Assembly: GCA_963723475.1 (NCBI GenBank)
Contig: CAVRQV010000015.1
Location: 102,263-166,262 of the forward strand
Length of the DNA stretch: 64,000 nt
From: an uncultured Actinomycetota bacterium
Lineage (GTDB): Bacteria; Actinomycetota; Actinomycetes; Propionibacteriales; Propionibacteriaceae
Direction of reading: 5' to 3'
Shown here piece after piece: positions 20,869 to 31,271 of the stretch. The notes beneath the pieces were generated by a model. The model saw only the letters and a program-made list of their open reading frames with translations. It made no database searches and was not told where the DNA came from. The first letter of the stretch is position 1. The number at the start of each line of letters is the position of its first letter. The translations under genes and the position numbers were made by a program.

Positions 20869-21840
20869 CTAGCTCCGGCGCAGACGCGAAACGCTGAGCA
20901 CGGCTCGCTCCAATGCGTACGCGGCGTCGTCGGCCGCACCCTTTACGTCGGCGTCGGCTACCGCTATCACCTTGAGCGCCGTCGCGAGACCTCCCTGATC
21001 CCAGCCACGCGCTTGGGAGCGCATCGACTTGAGCTTCCAGGGCGGCACCCCTACCTCTCGAGCCAGGTCTGCTTCTCTTTGCCCGCCACCTGCCGTAATC
21101 AACTTTCCAAGACCGCGGACGCCGGAGGCCAGAGCGCTGGTGATCAGCACCGGGGCGACACCTGTCGCAAGCGCCCAGCGGAGCTGCTCCATCGCGACGC
21201 CAGTGCGGCCCGCCAAGGCGGCGTCTGCCACCGCAAAACTGGTCACCTCGGACCGGCCACCGAAATAGCGGCGGACTTGATCGACGGTGATCGGACCACC
21301 CTCGCCATCTGAGAGCAGCTGTGCGACCGCCGCCGCCAGGGCCCGTAGATCGTGGCCGACCGCATCCACCAGCGCCGACGCGGCAGCTGCATCAATTGAA
21401 CTATCGGCTCGTTTGGCCTCCCCGAGACGAACTGCGGCAGCTCCCACGACTTCACGGCTGCACATTCGATGACCTCGACACCCGTAGACTTCAGCCTCTC
21501 GAGGAGCCCTTTGCCCTTCGGCCCGCCGCGGTGCACGGTGATGACGGCAAGATCCGGCAGCTGTGCGTCGGCAAGGTTGACCAGATCCACATCGAGTTCT
21601 GGCAGCCAGATCCTCCAGCTCCGTGATTACGGCTACTCGCCGGGTGGAGAACAGCGATGGACTGGTGACCTCGGCAAGCTTGCCGGGATCCAGCCGGGCC
21701 GCTTCGATCTCGGTGACGTCGACATCGGGTGCCTCTGCGCGCAGCTGTTGACACAGGGCCTCGACCGCGCGGTCAGCAAAGAGTGCCTCTGGCCCGGTGA
21801 TGAGGACAAAACGACTGAATGCAGACCTCGATCCCGCCAC
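20869..21840 (-). CDS. holA: DNA polymerase III delta subunit (compensating frameshifts near 21600 and 21425)
   Basis: [53 protein letters not shown]; adjacent to rpsT. Confidence 0.9.
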   Translation of the reverse strand: MAGSRSAFSRFVLITGPEALFADRAVEALCQQLRAEAPDVDVTEIEAARLDPGKLAEVTSPSLFSTRRVAVITELEDLAARTRCGSGQPCRRTAAGSCRHHRAPRRAEGQRAPREAEVYGCRGHRMCSREVVGAAAVRLGEAKRADSSIDAAAASALVDAVGHDLRALAAAVAQLLSDGEGGPITVDQVRRYFGGRSEVTSFAVADAALAGRTGVAMEQLRWALATGVAPVLITSALASGVRGLGKLITAGGGQREADLAREVGVPPWKLKSMRSQARGWDQGGLATALKVIAVADADVKGAADDAAYALERAVLSVSRLRRS

Positions 21841-21988
21841 AGAGCACAGCATGCCAGCCTCCACCGACACCTGGTTGCCGCCAGTACGCCATGTTCCGGC
21901 CAGCAACACAAATCAGATTCGCGCCTCTGCATCACTGGTGTTGGTATACATGAGCCGGGACACTGGATACGAGGTGAAAGGGGCGTCG

Positions 21989-23197
21989 GTGGTCGGCAAG
22001 TTGTGGTCATCAATGTTCGGTCGAGTCGTTAGTGATCGGCAGCCTCCGACTGACCCCAGCGTCCCCGAGAAGAGTGTCGTTGAAGAGCCGGCGCTCGGCA
22101 TGAAGCTCACCGGCGACCCGCATCCCCTGGACCGCCTGGTGAGTGTCCAGCCGAACACCGTCGTTGTGGTCTTCGAGCAGGACAGCGTGCCAAAGCTCAA
22201 ATTGCCTGGCGAGTACCTGACGCCGGGGCTCCTTCCCTCACTACGGCCGGTCCAAGTGCTGGCCGTCAACACGGCCCCCGTCGAGCTTGACGTGACCGTC
22301 GACCATTTACTGACACTGGACGGCCACGAGATCGAGCGGTGCCTGGTCCGAGTGACCGTTCAGCTCACAGATCGCGACAAGTATCACTCCGTAGCCGGCC
22401 TGGCCGCAGAGTACGGGACCGAACTCGAGGCGCACTTGCTGCAGCGGGTTGAAACCGAGGTGGCGATGGAGTTGCATGCCGCCGTCAAGATGAACCGGCT
22501 CGCGGACCTACGTCGCCAGACGGTGCAACAGGTAATGGCCGAACGCTGGCTCCCCAGATCTTTCGCAGGCGGTGCGCTGGTGCGTCGCAATTTCGCGGTC
22601 ATCGACGTCAGCTGGCCCAAGGACAGCGCTATCCCGACCCCAATCGCTCAGCCCAGCTCGCCGAGGACGGACCAGACATCCTCAGGCTCCAAGGCGGAAT
22701 CGGCCCCGCCTCTCCCGGCAAGAGCACCGGCACCATTCGTCGCCGAATTGACCATGGATGCTGGGCTGCGTCGTATCTGGCGCCGCTATGCGGAACCGGA
22801 GCTTCGAGCCATCGCCGGCGCGAAGGCCGCTAATTCGGCGACCGTGGTTGCCGTGGTAGGTCGGGAGCCGGGCGCTTACGAAGGAAGCCGGCTCCGCGAG
22901 GCGTTTGGCGTCTACTTAGAAGATCGCAACCTGCATTTTGTCGCCGCCGTCGCAGATTCCTATGAGGACCTGGTTCGGGCGTGGTTCAAGCAGGTCGACG
23001 GCAGTCCCGGGCGATTGGTCTCGGTCCGATCTGTCAACGACGACTCGATCCTGCGGATCGGTGTCGATCATGCCCTACGATCGGCCGACGAGCGAGCGAG
23101 CGGACTCTCGGTTGGTACCCAATCGGATCGAGAAGCCCTACAGCGGCTGGTTCCCCATGAGCGGGTCGAGTTCGTGGCGGCGGACACGACGGGCTGA
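21989..23197 (+). CDS. Hypothetical protein; SPFH-like N-terminal region, Pro-rich linker, possible NusA-KH-like C-terminal region
   Basis: Long ORF with RBS AAAGGGG; domain resemblance judged by eye only. Confidence 0.6.
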   Translation: MVGKLWSSMFGRVVSDRQPPTDPSVPEKSVVEEPALGMKLTGDPHPLDRLVSVQPNTVVVVFEQDSVPKLKLPGEYLTPGLLPSLRPVQVLAVNTAPVELDVTVDHLLTLDGHEIERCLVRVTVQLTDRDKYHSVAGLAAEYGTELEAHLLQRVETEVAMELHAAVKMNRLADLRRQTVQQVMAERWLPRSFAGGALVRRNFAVIDVSWPKDSAIPTPIAQPSSPRTDQTSSGSKAESAPPLPARAPAPFVAELTMDAGLRRIWRRYAEPELRAIAGAKAANSATVVAVVGREPGAYEGSRLREAFGVYLEDRNLHFVAAVADSYEDLVRAWFKQVDGSPGRLVSVRSVNDDSILRIGVDHALRSADERASGLSVGTQSDREALQRLVPHERVEFVAADTTG

Positions 23198-23224
23198 TCC
23201 GATGAGCGTGAGCAGCACCGCGTC

Positions 23225-24634
23225 GTGACCAAGATCACGTACACCAATCCGGGCGCTGCGCGCCCGGAAGTGGGGTCGCTCGGACCATCCACCGCGGAAC
23301 GGGCAGAAGACTCCCGAAAGATTCGCCAGGCCGCCACCATCCCTCTGGTCATCTCTCTCGGTGCCCAATGGGTCTTCTTCATCCATTACTGGATTCCTGA
23401 GACGAGCGCGTTCCCGGCCCACGAAATGTGGCTCGCTCAGCTGTCGCCCCTCGCCTCAGCTGCTCTGACCAGTGAAGGCCAGCCACAGGTCCAGGCGCAG
23501 AACGGGCAGTGGGGACTTCCGGCGATGGTGCTGCTGGTGTGCGCCATTGCCCTGTTCTGGCTATCCCGTACGCGGCACTGGCTCGGCCGCACCGCGATGC
23601 TCGCTCCGGCAGCACTCGGTCTGATAGCCGCCCTGGCAAGCGTCATAACGCTCGCTGCGAAGGGCGAGTTGAGATCCACCATGATCGGCGTCTTGTTGCT
23701 GATCATATGGGTCTGGAGTGCTTGCTATGCCGCACTTCACGGGTTCCTCGACAACCTCGCACCAGTGCCTCCCAAGACCTGGCACAGCGGTCTGCCACTC
23801 CTGGCCGTGTACGCAATTATCGGCCTGGCCGCGACCGCCGTCGGCCGCCGGATGTTCGCTCCAGAGCTCCGCGATGCCGCAAATGCGCTCCAGGAAAACA
23901 CAGTGGCGCTGCGACTCGCCGCCTTGTGGACCGCGAGCAGTGCGCTGCTCTATCTCTGCGGACTGCTCATCGGCGTCGCTGTCTGGGTCGCCTACCAGGC
24001 GTGGCCGCCGCGCCGCGACTCCGCGTTCGTCGGCCGCTGCCTGATCGTCATCGGCATCCTGATCGTCACGGGTGCCGTGGGGTGGCCAGCAAACAACGTC
24101 GCCGAGAATCGAGTGACCGAGCTGACTTACGAAAGCCCGGCTGACGAATTGCGCTTCACCTGCGGTTCCTGGATCCTTGATCAGCCCACCAGCGCTGCAC
24201 AGCAGATGGAACCGGCGAAGACCCTGGTGATCAGCGGCTTCACCTGCCGGACGGTGACAACCTTCTCTGGGTACCAGCAACTGTCGACCCGGGATATCGA
24301 CGTCTCGCTATCACCCGTCATCGCCTATACCCCTGAGGGCGCCAGGATCTCGGGGCGTATCGTCGCGGCCGAGTACGGCGAGGTCATCGTCGTCGCGGGC
24401 AGTGACAGATTCGATTCCCGCGCACATGTGCTACTGGGCCTCGGCCTGACCGACAGCGCAGAGCTCTGGCGCTATACCTGCGGGAACGGTCCGCTCGGGG
24501 TGCGGTTCGCCAACGTGCCAGGCGGCGACAATCCGGCCGATGGGCACATCACCCAGGGCGAGGTTACCCCTGAGGTAGTGGTGAGCTGCGACGGCCAGAT
24601 TGTGCGCCTCAACCCGATGACCGGGCCTGGATGA
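23225..24634 (+). CDS. Hypothetical multi-pass membrane protein with a Cys-containing C-terminal beta-rich domain
   Basis: About 7 hydrophobic segments, then a beta-rich domain (ELWRYTC, IVRLNPMTG resemble PQQ-like blades). Confidence 0.65.
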   Translation: MTKITYTNPGAARPEVGSLGPSTAERAEDSRKIRQAATIPLVISLGAQWVFFIHYWIPETSAFPAHEMWLAQLSPLASAALTSEGQPQVQAQNGQWGLPAMVLLVCAIALFWLSRTRHWLGRTAMLAPAALGLIAALASVITLAAKGELRSTMIGVLLLIIWVWSACYAALHGFLDNLAPVPPKTWHSGLPLLAVYAIIGLAATAVGRRMFAPELRDAANALQENTVALRLAALWTASSALLYLCGLLIGVAVWVAYQAWPPRRDSAFVGRCLIVIGILIVTGAVGWPANNVAENRVTELTYESPADELRFTCGSWILDQPTSAAQQMEPAKTLVISGFTCRTVTTFSGYQQLSTRDIDVSLSPVIAYTPEGARISGRIVAAEYGEVIVVAGSDRFDSRAHVLLGLGLTDSAELWRYTCGNGPLGVRFANVPGGDNPADGHITQGEVTPEVVVSCDGQIVRLNPMTGPG

Positions 24635-24653
24635 TCATCGAGTAGTTGTCCAG

Positions 24654-25911
24654 GTGAGCACCGCAACGAAGGCGGTCCAGGCAGCCAGGTTCCTCGGCGG
24701 GATGTATCGGGAACGAGCGCGGGTACTCTATTGGGCCCACGTCCGCGATGATCTCTTCAGCCGCCTCATCCTGCCGAACCGCCACACCGATCCGTACCAG
24801 ATCTATGAGGAGATGCGGGCACAGGGCCCGATGCTGCCGACCCGGCTCGGCAACTACAGCACGACGAGCCACCGCTTGTGCAATGAGGTGCTGCGGAATC
24901 GGACGTTCGGCGTAAGACCAGAAGACGGCAGCGTGGACCTTGCAAACCAGGCAGGGCTCGACCTTTCATTGCTCGAGCTCAACCCACCCGACCACACCAG
25001 GATCCGCCGGCTCGCAGCGCCGGCCTTCACCCCACGGCGGATGGCAGGTTACGTAGAATTGGTCGATCAGGCGCTCGAGCGACTGCTCGACCAATGCGAA
25101 CGCGAACACGAGTTCGACCTCATGGCCTCCTTCGCCTCGCCACTACCCATTGCGGTAGTGACCCACCTCCTTGGTCTGCCCAATGATCCGGAAAGGTTCC
25201 GGCGGCTGGGCTCCACAATCGCTCGAGCCCTCGATGGCATCTGGTCGCTCGGCCAGGCCCGCACCCTGGCAGCCGCCGACGCTGAGCTCCGGACCACATT
25301 CTCCGAGCTGCTCGACCGGCGCAGGGCAGACCGAGGCAACGACCTGGTGTCTGCGCTCGTGGCTGAGCAAGGCAAGGAAATCACCGCAGCAGAGCTGTCG
25401 GCACTCGTGCGGCTCCTTCTCATCGCCGGCTTCGAAACCACGGTTAATGCGATCGGTAACGGCATGCGCTGGCTGCTTGCCGATCGGGAGGCAGTGGGAT
25501 TTGCTCGTCCAAGATCCAGAGCGGGCGCCGGCCGTCGTCGAGGAGGTGCTCCGATTCGATCCTCCGGTCCAGCAGACTGCGCGGGTGGCCAATCAGCCCG
25601 CCGAGGTAGGCGATGTGTTGGTGGTGAAGAACCAGTGGGTGATCACACTGTTGGCGGCGGCCAACCGCGATCCCGACACCTACCCCGAACCTAACCGCTT
25701 CGACATCACCCGAGAGTCTCCAGCCGAGCACCTCGCCTTCTCCGGCGGCATCCACTACTGCCTCGGTTCGCCGCTGGCGCGGTTGGAGCTGACCCGGGCG
25801 TTCCGCGCGCTTGCGGAACGTTTCCCGCGCATCCGGCAAACCGCGGCGATCACGATGCGGCCCGGTACCACGCTGCGTGGCCCACTCCGCTTCCCGGTGG
25901 CGATCGATTAG
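24654..25911 (+). CDS. Cytochrome P450 (frameshift near 25490)
   Basis: NPPDHTRIRR, AGFETT I-helix, EEVLR (ExxR), HLAFSGGIHYCLG heme-binding motif. Confidence 0.92.
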
Positions 25912-25912
25912 C

Positions 25913-28321
25913 TCATCGCTGCGTCGCAGCAGCGAGTCGGTCGTTGCTCATCCGGACTGCGACAGAACCGTTCAGATCGGTCCTGAGTAGCGTCATCCCG
26001 AGGGAGCGGACGAGTTGCACCGTACGCGGTGCCGGATGACCGTAATCGTTGCCGACCCCGGAACTCGTAATCGCGAGACGAGCATGGGTCGCGGCAAAGA
26101 ACTCAGGATCCTGCTGCGCCGATCCGTGGTGCGGAATCTTGAGGACATCGGATCGCAGGTCGACCCCTGTCCTCAGGATCGCCTGTTGGCCGGGCGGTTC
26201 AACATCACCGGTGAGCAGCAGCCGCAGGCCCGACACCCTAACCATGATCACCAGGCTGCTGTCGTTCTGCTTCGAGGACTCATCCTGGTCGACGGCCACA
26301 TGGCCCACCGGTCCGACCACCTGCACTTCCGCCGCCCCCACGCTGGCTCGGGTGCCAGGCAGCGGAGCACTCACCGGAATCCCCTGCTGCGCAGCCTGCT
26401 GCCGCAGCGTCGCTGCCAGCGGTCCTGATGGTGCCAGTGAGCTCACCCACAGCTGACCGACGCGGCGGCGCTGCAGGACACCGACCAAGCCGTCGACGTG
26501 GTCGGCATGAAAGTGCGTGATGATCAGCAGCGGCACCCGGGTGATCCTCAGCCGGTCCAGGCACAGCCGCATCGCGGTAGGTTCCGGGCCGCTGTCCACC
26601 ACGATGGCGCTGCTGCGGCCTGTCCGCACCGCAAGCCCGTCGCCCTGACCGACATCGCAGGCGACCATCACCCAGTCACGTGGCGGCCAGCCCGGCTGAC
26701 GCGGCGCTCCGCCCAGACAAATGATCATGACACCAGCGAGCAGGAGCGAGAGCCACGGCCGCGCCAGCACGTACGCCATCGACAGGCCGACCAGCAGGGA
26801 GCTGATGCCCACCCAGGCCAGCGTCAGCGGAGTCGCCGAGAGATGCCACTCCGAGCCCCGCAGCTGCGAACCGACCGCGGCGATCCAAATGATCACTTGC
26901 GCACTCCAGGCGGCGCCGAAGCCGAGGACGGCCGCCAGGGTCCCGCTGATCAGCGAGGCGGCGGCGGCGGCGAATCCCAGCACAGTCGAGGGTCCGACAA
27001 AGGGTCCAGCCAGTGCGTTCGCCACGAGGCCAGCGACGCTCACGCGTTCCGAGATGGCCGCCACCACCGGAACGGTGGCCAATTGAGCGGCCAACGGCAC
27101 CGCGATTGACTCGGCAATGATCACGGGCAGCCAGCGGTTCATGATCACTGTCCAGCTTCGAGCCCACCACACGATGCCGGCGCAGGCCAGGACCGACAGC
27201 GCGAAGCCGATCGACCTGCTGAGGAACGGATCCAACAGGAGCAAGATCACGCTGGCGACCGCGAGGTTGCGCAGGCCGGCCGCCCGGCTACCTGACCCAA
27301 GCGCTGCCAGAGCCACGAGGCCCATGGCAGCGGCGCGCAGCACGCTCGGCTCAGTGCGACACAAGGCGACGAAGATGATCACTCCAACCAAGCCGACTAT
27401 TCGCAGCCACCACCCCCGAACGCCTACCCAGCGCGCCACCGTCAGCACAAATGCCAGCAGCAGCGTGAGATTTGCACCCGACACGGCTGTCAGATGAGAA
27501 AGGCCAGTCGTTTGAAAGTCCTGGGACAGCTCTGCGTTGAGGCCGGACGTATCGCCAAGAACGAGGGCAGGCACCAACGCACGCGGTTCAGGTCGGCGAT
27601 CAGCGACTGCTCGCCGTAACCCGGCGCGTACCCGCTCCACGAGGCGAAGCCCCGGAGACGGCCGTTCCACCACAACCGGTGCGCCGCGGACGCGTAACAC
27701 AGCGGCCACATCCGAGCCTCGGTCCGGGGCCTCGAGGCGCCCCTGGACAGCCACCCGGGTGCCCACTGGGATCTCGAACCATTGCCACACTTGTGGGCCA
27801 CTGATGACAACCAGCACCGGAGCCCGGACCAGCCAACGGTCGCCCCGGCCCTCGACGTGTACGGTCACCGCTTCAGTGACCGCGGCAGCAGCTCTCATTC
27901 CCCTGGCGGCCACCTGGTGTGGGTCGCGGCGAATCTCGAGATCCGCCGCAACCACCGCCTTATGCTCCGCCAGCAGCGCGACGGGCCCATGGCGGAGCCG
28001 ATGCACATCGACGACCCCCGCGCCAACAATCACTGTCGTGACCAGCGCGGCGCTCAGCACGATGGATGACCGCCGCCAGGCGGCAACAACCAGGGCGACG
28101 GCTACACAGGCCGCAGCTGCTCCAATCGCGGCTGGAACGGCCCAGGTTCCGACCCATGCGGCTCCCCACGCCGCACTTGCTAGCGGAACCATCCGCAGAT
28201 CGGCCGAGCGAGCCAAGGTGACGGGCGGACGGGTTGGCTGCTGATTCCTCCGGTGACGAAGGATGAGCCCGTTGAATCGGGTGCGCGCCGCTCCCACCAC
28301 CAGTCCTGCCCAGACGCTCAC
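25913..28321 (-). CDS. comEC: DNA internalization competence protein ComEC/Rec2
   Basis: GLSHLTAVSGAN, EPSVLRAA, CDVGQGD, THFHADH, LLTGD, PHHGS, NDYGHP. Confidence 0.95.
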   Translation of the reverse strand: MSVWAGLVVGAARTRFNGLILRHRRNQQPTRPPVTLARSADLRMVPLASAAWGAAWVGTWAVPAAIGAAAACVAVALVVAAWRRSSIVLSAALVTTVIVGAGVVDVHRLRHGPVALLAEHKAVVAADLEIRRDPHQVAARGMRAAAAVTEAVTVHVEGRGDRWLVRAPVLVVISGPQVWQWFEIPVGTRVAVQGRLEAPDRGSDVAAVLRVRGAPVVVERPSPGLRLVERVRAGLRRAVADRRPEPRALVPALVLGDTSGLNAELSQDFQTTGLSHLTAVSGANLTLLLAFVLTVARWVGVRGWWLRIVGLVGVIIFVALCRTEPSVLRAAAMGLVALAALGSGSRAAGLRNLAVASVILLLLDPFLSRSIGFALSVLACAGIVWWARSWTVIMNRWLPVIIAESIAVPLAAQLATVPVVAAISERVSVAGLVANALAGPFVGPSTVLGFAAAAASLISGTLAAVLGFGAAWSAQVIIWIAAVGSQLRGSEWHLSATPLTLAWVGISSLLVGLSMAYVLARPWLSLLLAGVMIICLGGAPRQPGWPPRDWVMVACDVGQGDGLAVRTGRSSAIVVDSGPEPTAMRLCLDRLRITRVPLLIITHFHADHVDGLVGVLQRRRVGQLWVSSLAPSGPLAATLRQQAAQQGIPVSAPLPGTRASVGAAEVQVVGPVGHVAVDQDESSKQNDSSLVIMVRVSGLRLLLTGDVEPPGQQAILRTGVDLRSDVLKIPHHGSAQQDPEFFAATHARLAITSSGVGNDYGHPAPRTVQLVRSLGMTLLRTDLNGSVAVRMSNDRLAAATQR

Positions 28322-29151
28322 ACCCGGACGTGCGGCGCGATCTGGGCGTACGTCTTAGGCCCGATGCCGTCGACCTCCTGCAGCTCTTCGATCCGACTGA
28401 ACCTCCCGTTCTCCTGCCGCCAGGCGAGAATGGCCTGGGCAGTCACTGGCCCGACCCCGGGCAGCTCCTCGAGCTGCGGTTGGCTGGCATGGTTCAGATC
28501 GAGCGCCCCGGACGCGGAACCGCCGCTCCCCGCACCTGACTCTCGCCCGTCTCGCACCTCACCCGCCGGATCGCTGGTGGTGCCGATCACCAACTGCTGG
28601 CCGTCGGCAAGCGGCTGGGCCAGGTTGAGTTCACCCGGATCGGCTCGACGGGTCAGCCCACCTGTGGCGTCGATGGCGTCCTGAACCCGCGAGTGCTCGG
28701 GCAATCTGACCAGGCCTGGTCGTCGGACGGCGCCGATCACATGGACCACGAGCCTGGTCGCGCGCTCGCCGGTCGAGGCCGATGCCGTCGGTGCACTTTG
28801 CACGGGCGTGCTCATAGTCACCACCTCGCTGGGACTGGCCACGGCGACCGGCCGGGCACGCAGCAGCAGCCATCCGGTTGCGATCGCTCCCAGTACCAAC
28901 AGCACGGCTATTACGCCGACGTGCACCCGGCTGAATCGCTCTCTCGGCAGCTCGTCGAGGGTCTCCGCCGCGACGTGCACTTTCCCATCCTCATCACTGA
29001 CCAGAGCAGACTCCGGAGGACGTTCCGACTCCTCGGCCGACGCCGGTCCTGGTCCGCGCGCTCTGCGTGGCGGCTGCTCAGCCAGCACCAACGCCAGTCG
29101 GTCGCTGATCAGCCGAGCCAACTCCAGATCCGCCTTTGATCGACCTGCCAT
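28318..29151 (-). CDS. comEA: ComEA DNA-binding competence protein
   Basis: TM helix, SLBB domain (VHVIGAVRRPG), HhH (LEELPGVGPVTA, VDGIGPK). Confidence 0.93.
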   Translation of the reverse strand: MAGRSKADLELARLISDRLALVLAEQPPRRARGPGPASAEESERPPESALVSDEDGKVHVAAETLDELPRERFSRVHVGVIAVLLVLGAIATGWLLLRARPVAVASPSEVVTMSTPVQSAPTASASTGERATRLVVHVIGAVRRPGLVRLPEHSRVQDAIDATGGLTRRADPGELNLAQPLADGQQLVIGTTSDPAGEVRDGRESGAGSGGSASGALDLNHASQPQLEELPGVGPVTAQAILAWRQENGRFSRIEELQEVDGIGPKTYAQIAPHVRV

Positions 29152-29157
29152 ATCGAG

Positions 29158-29240
29158 AAGCTAAGGACGGCAAGGTGATCTGGTTCGCGCGCTCGGGAAT
29201 CTGTGGACAGCGCTCCGGGTCTGCCCTCTGTTGGGGATAG
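29158..29240 (-). promoter_or_regulatory. comEA promoter: -10 TAGCTT plus two DnaA-box-like motifs 30 bp apart
   Basis: -10 six nt before the ATG; + strand TGTGGACAG at 29202 and TGGGGATAG at 29232. Confidence 0.6.
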
Positions 29241-29306
29241 CCGGATGGCGGGACGCGGAGCGTCGCAGTGTCATTTCGGGCGGAGCGCCGCAATGTCGTA
29301 CAACAC

Positions 29307-30161
29307 TCAGACTCGGGGCGACACAACGATCCCGAGGGTGCCCGGACCGACGTGGACGCCGAGCACGGCACTGACCTCTGAGATCACGATGTCTCCATCG
29401 TGCACCCGGCCACTCAGCCGATCGGCCAGCCGCTGTGCGCCGTCCGGGTTGTCGAGATGATGTACGGCAATGTCAACGCGGCCTTTCGGCGCCCCGGCGT
29501 GGTCGAGCGCAGCCAGGCTCAATTCCTCCAGCCGGGCCAGGGCCTTCGAGGAGGTTCTGACCCGCTCGTACGGCCGTATCTCCCCGTCCGCGACAGTGAG
29601 CAACGGCTTCACCGCCAGCGCGGAACCGAGCATCGCCGCCGCTGTGCCAATCCGGCCGCCCCGCCGCAGGTATTCCAAGCTGTCGACATAGAAATAGGTT
29701 GTCGAAGCAGCCACCCGGCGGCGCACGGTCCAGGCCACCTCATCTGGGCCAGCGCCCGAGTGCGCTACCTCAGCTCCAGTCAGGACTGCGAAACCTGCCG
29801 CCATCGCCAAAGTCATGCTGTCCACCACGAGGATCGGGATGTCGACCGCGGCAGCGGCCACACGCGCTGCACTGCAGGTGCCTGAGATCTTGCTGCTGAG
29901 GTGAACTGACACGATTGCGTCATAGCCAGCTCCGGCCAACTCGGCGTAGGTGTTCTCGATCACCTCAAGCGAAGGGCGCGAGGTGCTCACCTGCCGGCCC
30001 TCGCGCAACGCTCCCGCCACCTCGCATGGCCGCACTTCCGATTCCGGACGGCTGATGTCATCGATCACGACCTGCAATGGGATGATCGAGATGTCAGCGC
30101 GGGCAGCCTCGGCCGGGTCCAGGGAGGACGTGGAGTCGGTCACCACTGCGACGCCAGGCAT
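29307..30161 (-). CDS. DegV-family fatty-acid-binding protein
   Basis: VVTDSTS, STSRPS, HLSSKISGT, LRRGGRIG, KPLL, GVHVGPG. Confidence 0.93.
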   Translation of the reverse strand: MPGVAVVTDSTSSLDPAEAARADISIIPLQVVIDDISRPESEVRPCEVAGALREGRQVSTSRPSLEVIENTYAELAGAGYDAIVSVHLSSKISGTCSAARVAAAAVDIPILVVDSMTLAMAAGFAVLTGAEVAHSGAGPDEVAWTVRRRVAASTTYFYVDSLEYLRRGGRIGTAAAMLGSALAVKPLLTVADGEIRPYERVRTSSKALARLEELSLAALDHAGAPKGRVDIAVHHLDNPDGAQRLADRLSGRVHDGDIVISEVSAVLGVHVGPGTLGIVVSPRV

Positions 30162-30238
30162 CTGCTCAGCGTAGGACTTTGGCCAACAACCGATCGCGGA
30201 CCTCGGGGGCGCACTTCGTGTCGGTAGAAAGCAATCCC

Positions 30239-31198
30239 ATGAGTGATCAGACCCGACGCGTCTGGCGCGCCGGACCCGTGACGCTGGTACTGGTGTTCAC
30301 CTTCGCGATAGCAGCCGGTGTGGTGATCCCGATCCTCGCGTACTTGATCTACCGGAACGACCGCACGCTCTGGCTCCCGGCGCTGTTTGTCGTGTTGACG
30401 GCGCTCGCGCTGCTCTACGCGTGGCGATTCGGGCTTCATCCACGCCTTGAGGTCACTGACCAGAACGTCAAGATCATCAACCCGTTTCGCCGCCACAGCT
30501 TCGAGTGGGACGACATTACTGTCATTGCTCCCGGCGAGAACGGCCTGCTCATCGGCTCGGAGGACAATGCGGCCGAGGTCTGGTGCGTCCAGAAGTCCAA
30601 GTTCGCCAGCCGGCACGGTCGCCTCACGCGAGCTGACAGGATTGCCAACCAGCTCCTCGACATCGTGGAGCTGCACGATCCGCCAACCGAGGATGAGGAG
30701 GCGGGGTCACGTATCCGTCGCGCGCGTCCTGACGAGAGCAAGCTGCTCACCCGGCTGGAACGTGCGGCGAGCGAGGAGGCGCTGGCCCATATCTTCCCGC
30801 CCGAGCAGTATCGGTATCCGTCCAGCGCCGTCGCCGGGCGGTGGCGGCAACTGCTCCGTAATCGGCTGATGCACGCATACCTTCTCGAGGTACGCGACAG
30901 CCCAGTGGGCTACGTCGCCTTCAACGGAGATACGGTGCACCACCTCGGTGTCGTGTCGGACCACCAATCGCGCGGATACGGATCCGCGCTGCTGGAGTTC
31001 GCATGCATGGAGATTTACGGGGGCGGTGCCCGGGAAGCGTTCTGTTGGGTGCTGGCCGACAACCAAGCCGCACGCGCGTTCTACCGCGGCCACGGTTGGA
31101 CTGAGACCGGCGCCCGGCGGCTGTCGGAGTATCCCCCGCACCCTGAGTCAATTCAGCTGATACGCAAGAACCCACACCCACCGCGACGAAGCCTGTAA
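30239..31198 (+). CDS. Membrane bacterial-PH-domain / GNAT acetyltransferase fusion
   Basis: Two TM helices, then PRLEVTDQNVKIINPFRRHSFEWDDI; C-terminal GNAT (QSRGYGSALL, NQAARAFYRGHGW). Confidence 0.75.
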   Translation: MSDQTRRVWRAGPVTLVLVFTFAIAAGVVIPILAYLIYRNDRTLWLPALFVVLTALALLYAWRFGLHPRLEVTDQNVKIINPFRRHSFEWDDITVIAPGENGLLIGSEDNAAEVWCVQKSKFASRHGRLTRADRIANQLLDIVELHDPPTEDEEAGSRIRRARPDESKLLTRLERAASEEALAHIFPPEQYRYPSSAVAGRWRQLLRNRLMHAYLLEVRDSPVGYVAFNGDTVHHLGVVSDHQSRGYGSALLEFACMEIYGGGAREAFCWVLADNQAARAFYRGHGWTETGARRLSEYPPHPESIQLIRKNPHPPRRSL

Positions 31199-31271
31199 AG
31201 ACCCACCCATTCCATGTCCATCGCTCCCAGCTTGCTGCAGCCAGGCTGCTGGCCCGGTGACCACGAGCGCT

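Noticed and set aside
20515-21312. 265-aa extended S20 protein
   Set aside because: The extension is antisense to holA and most likely arises from an indel near the stop
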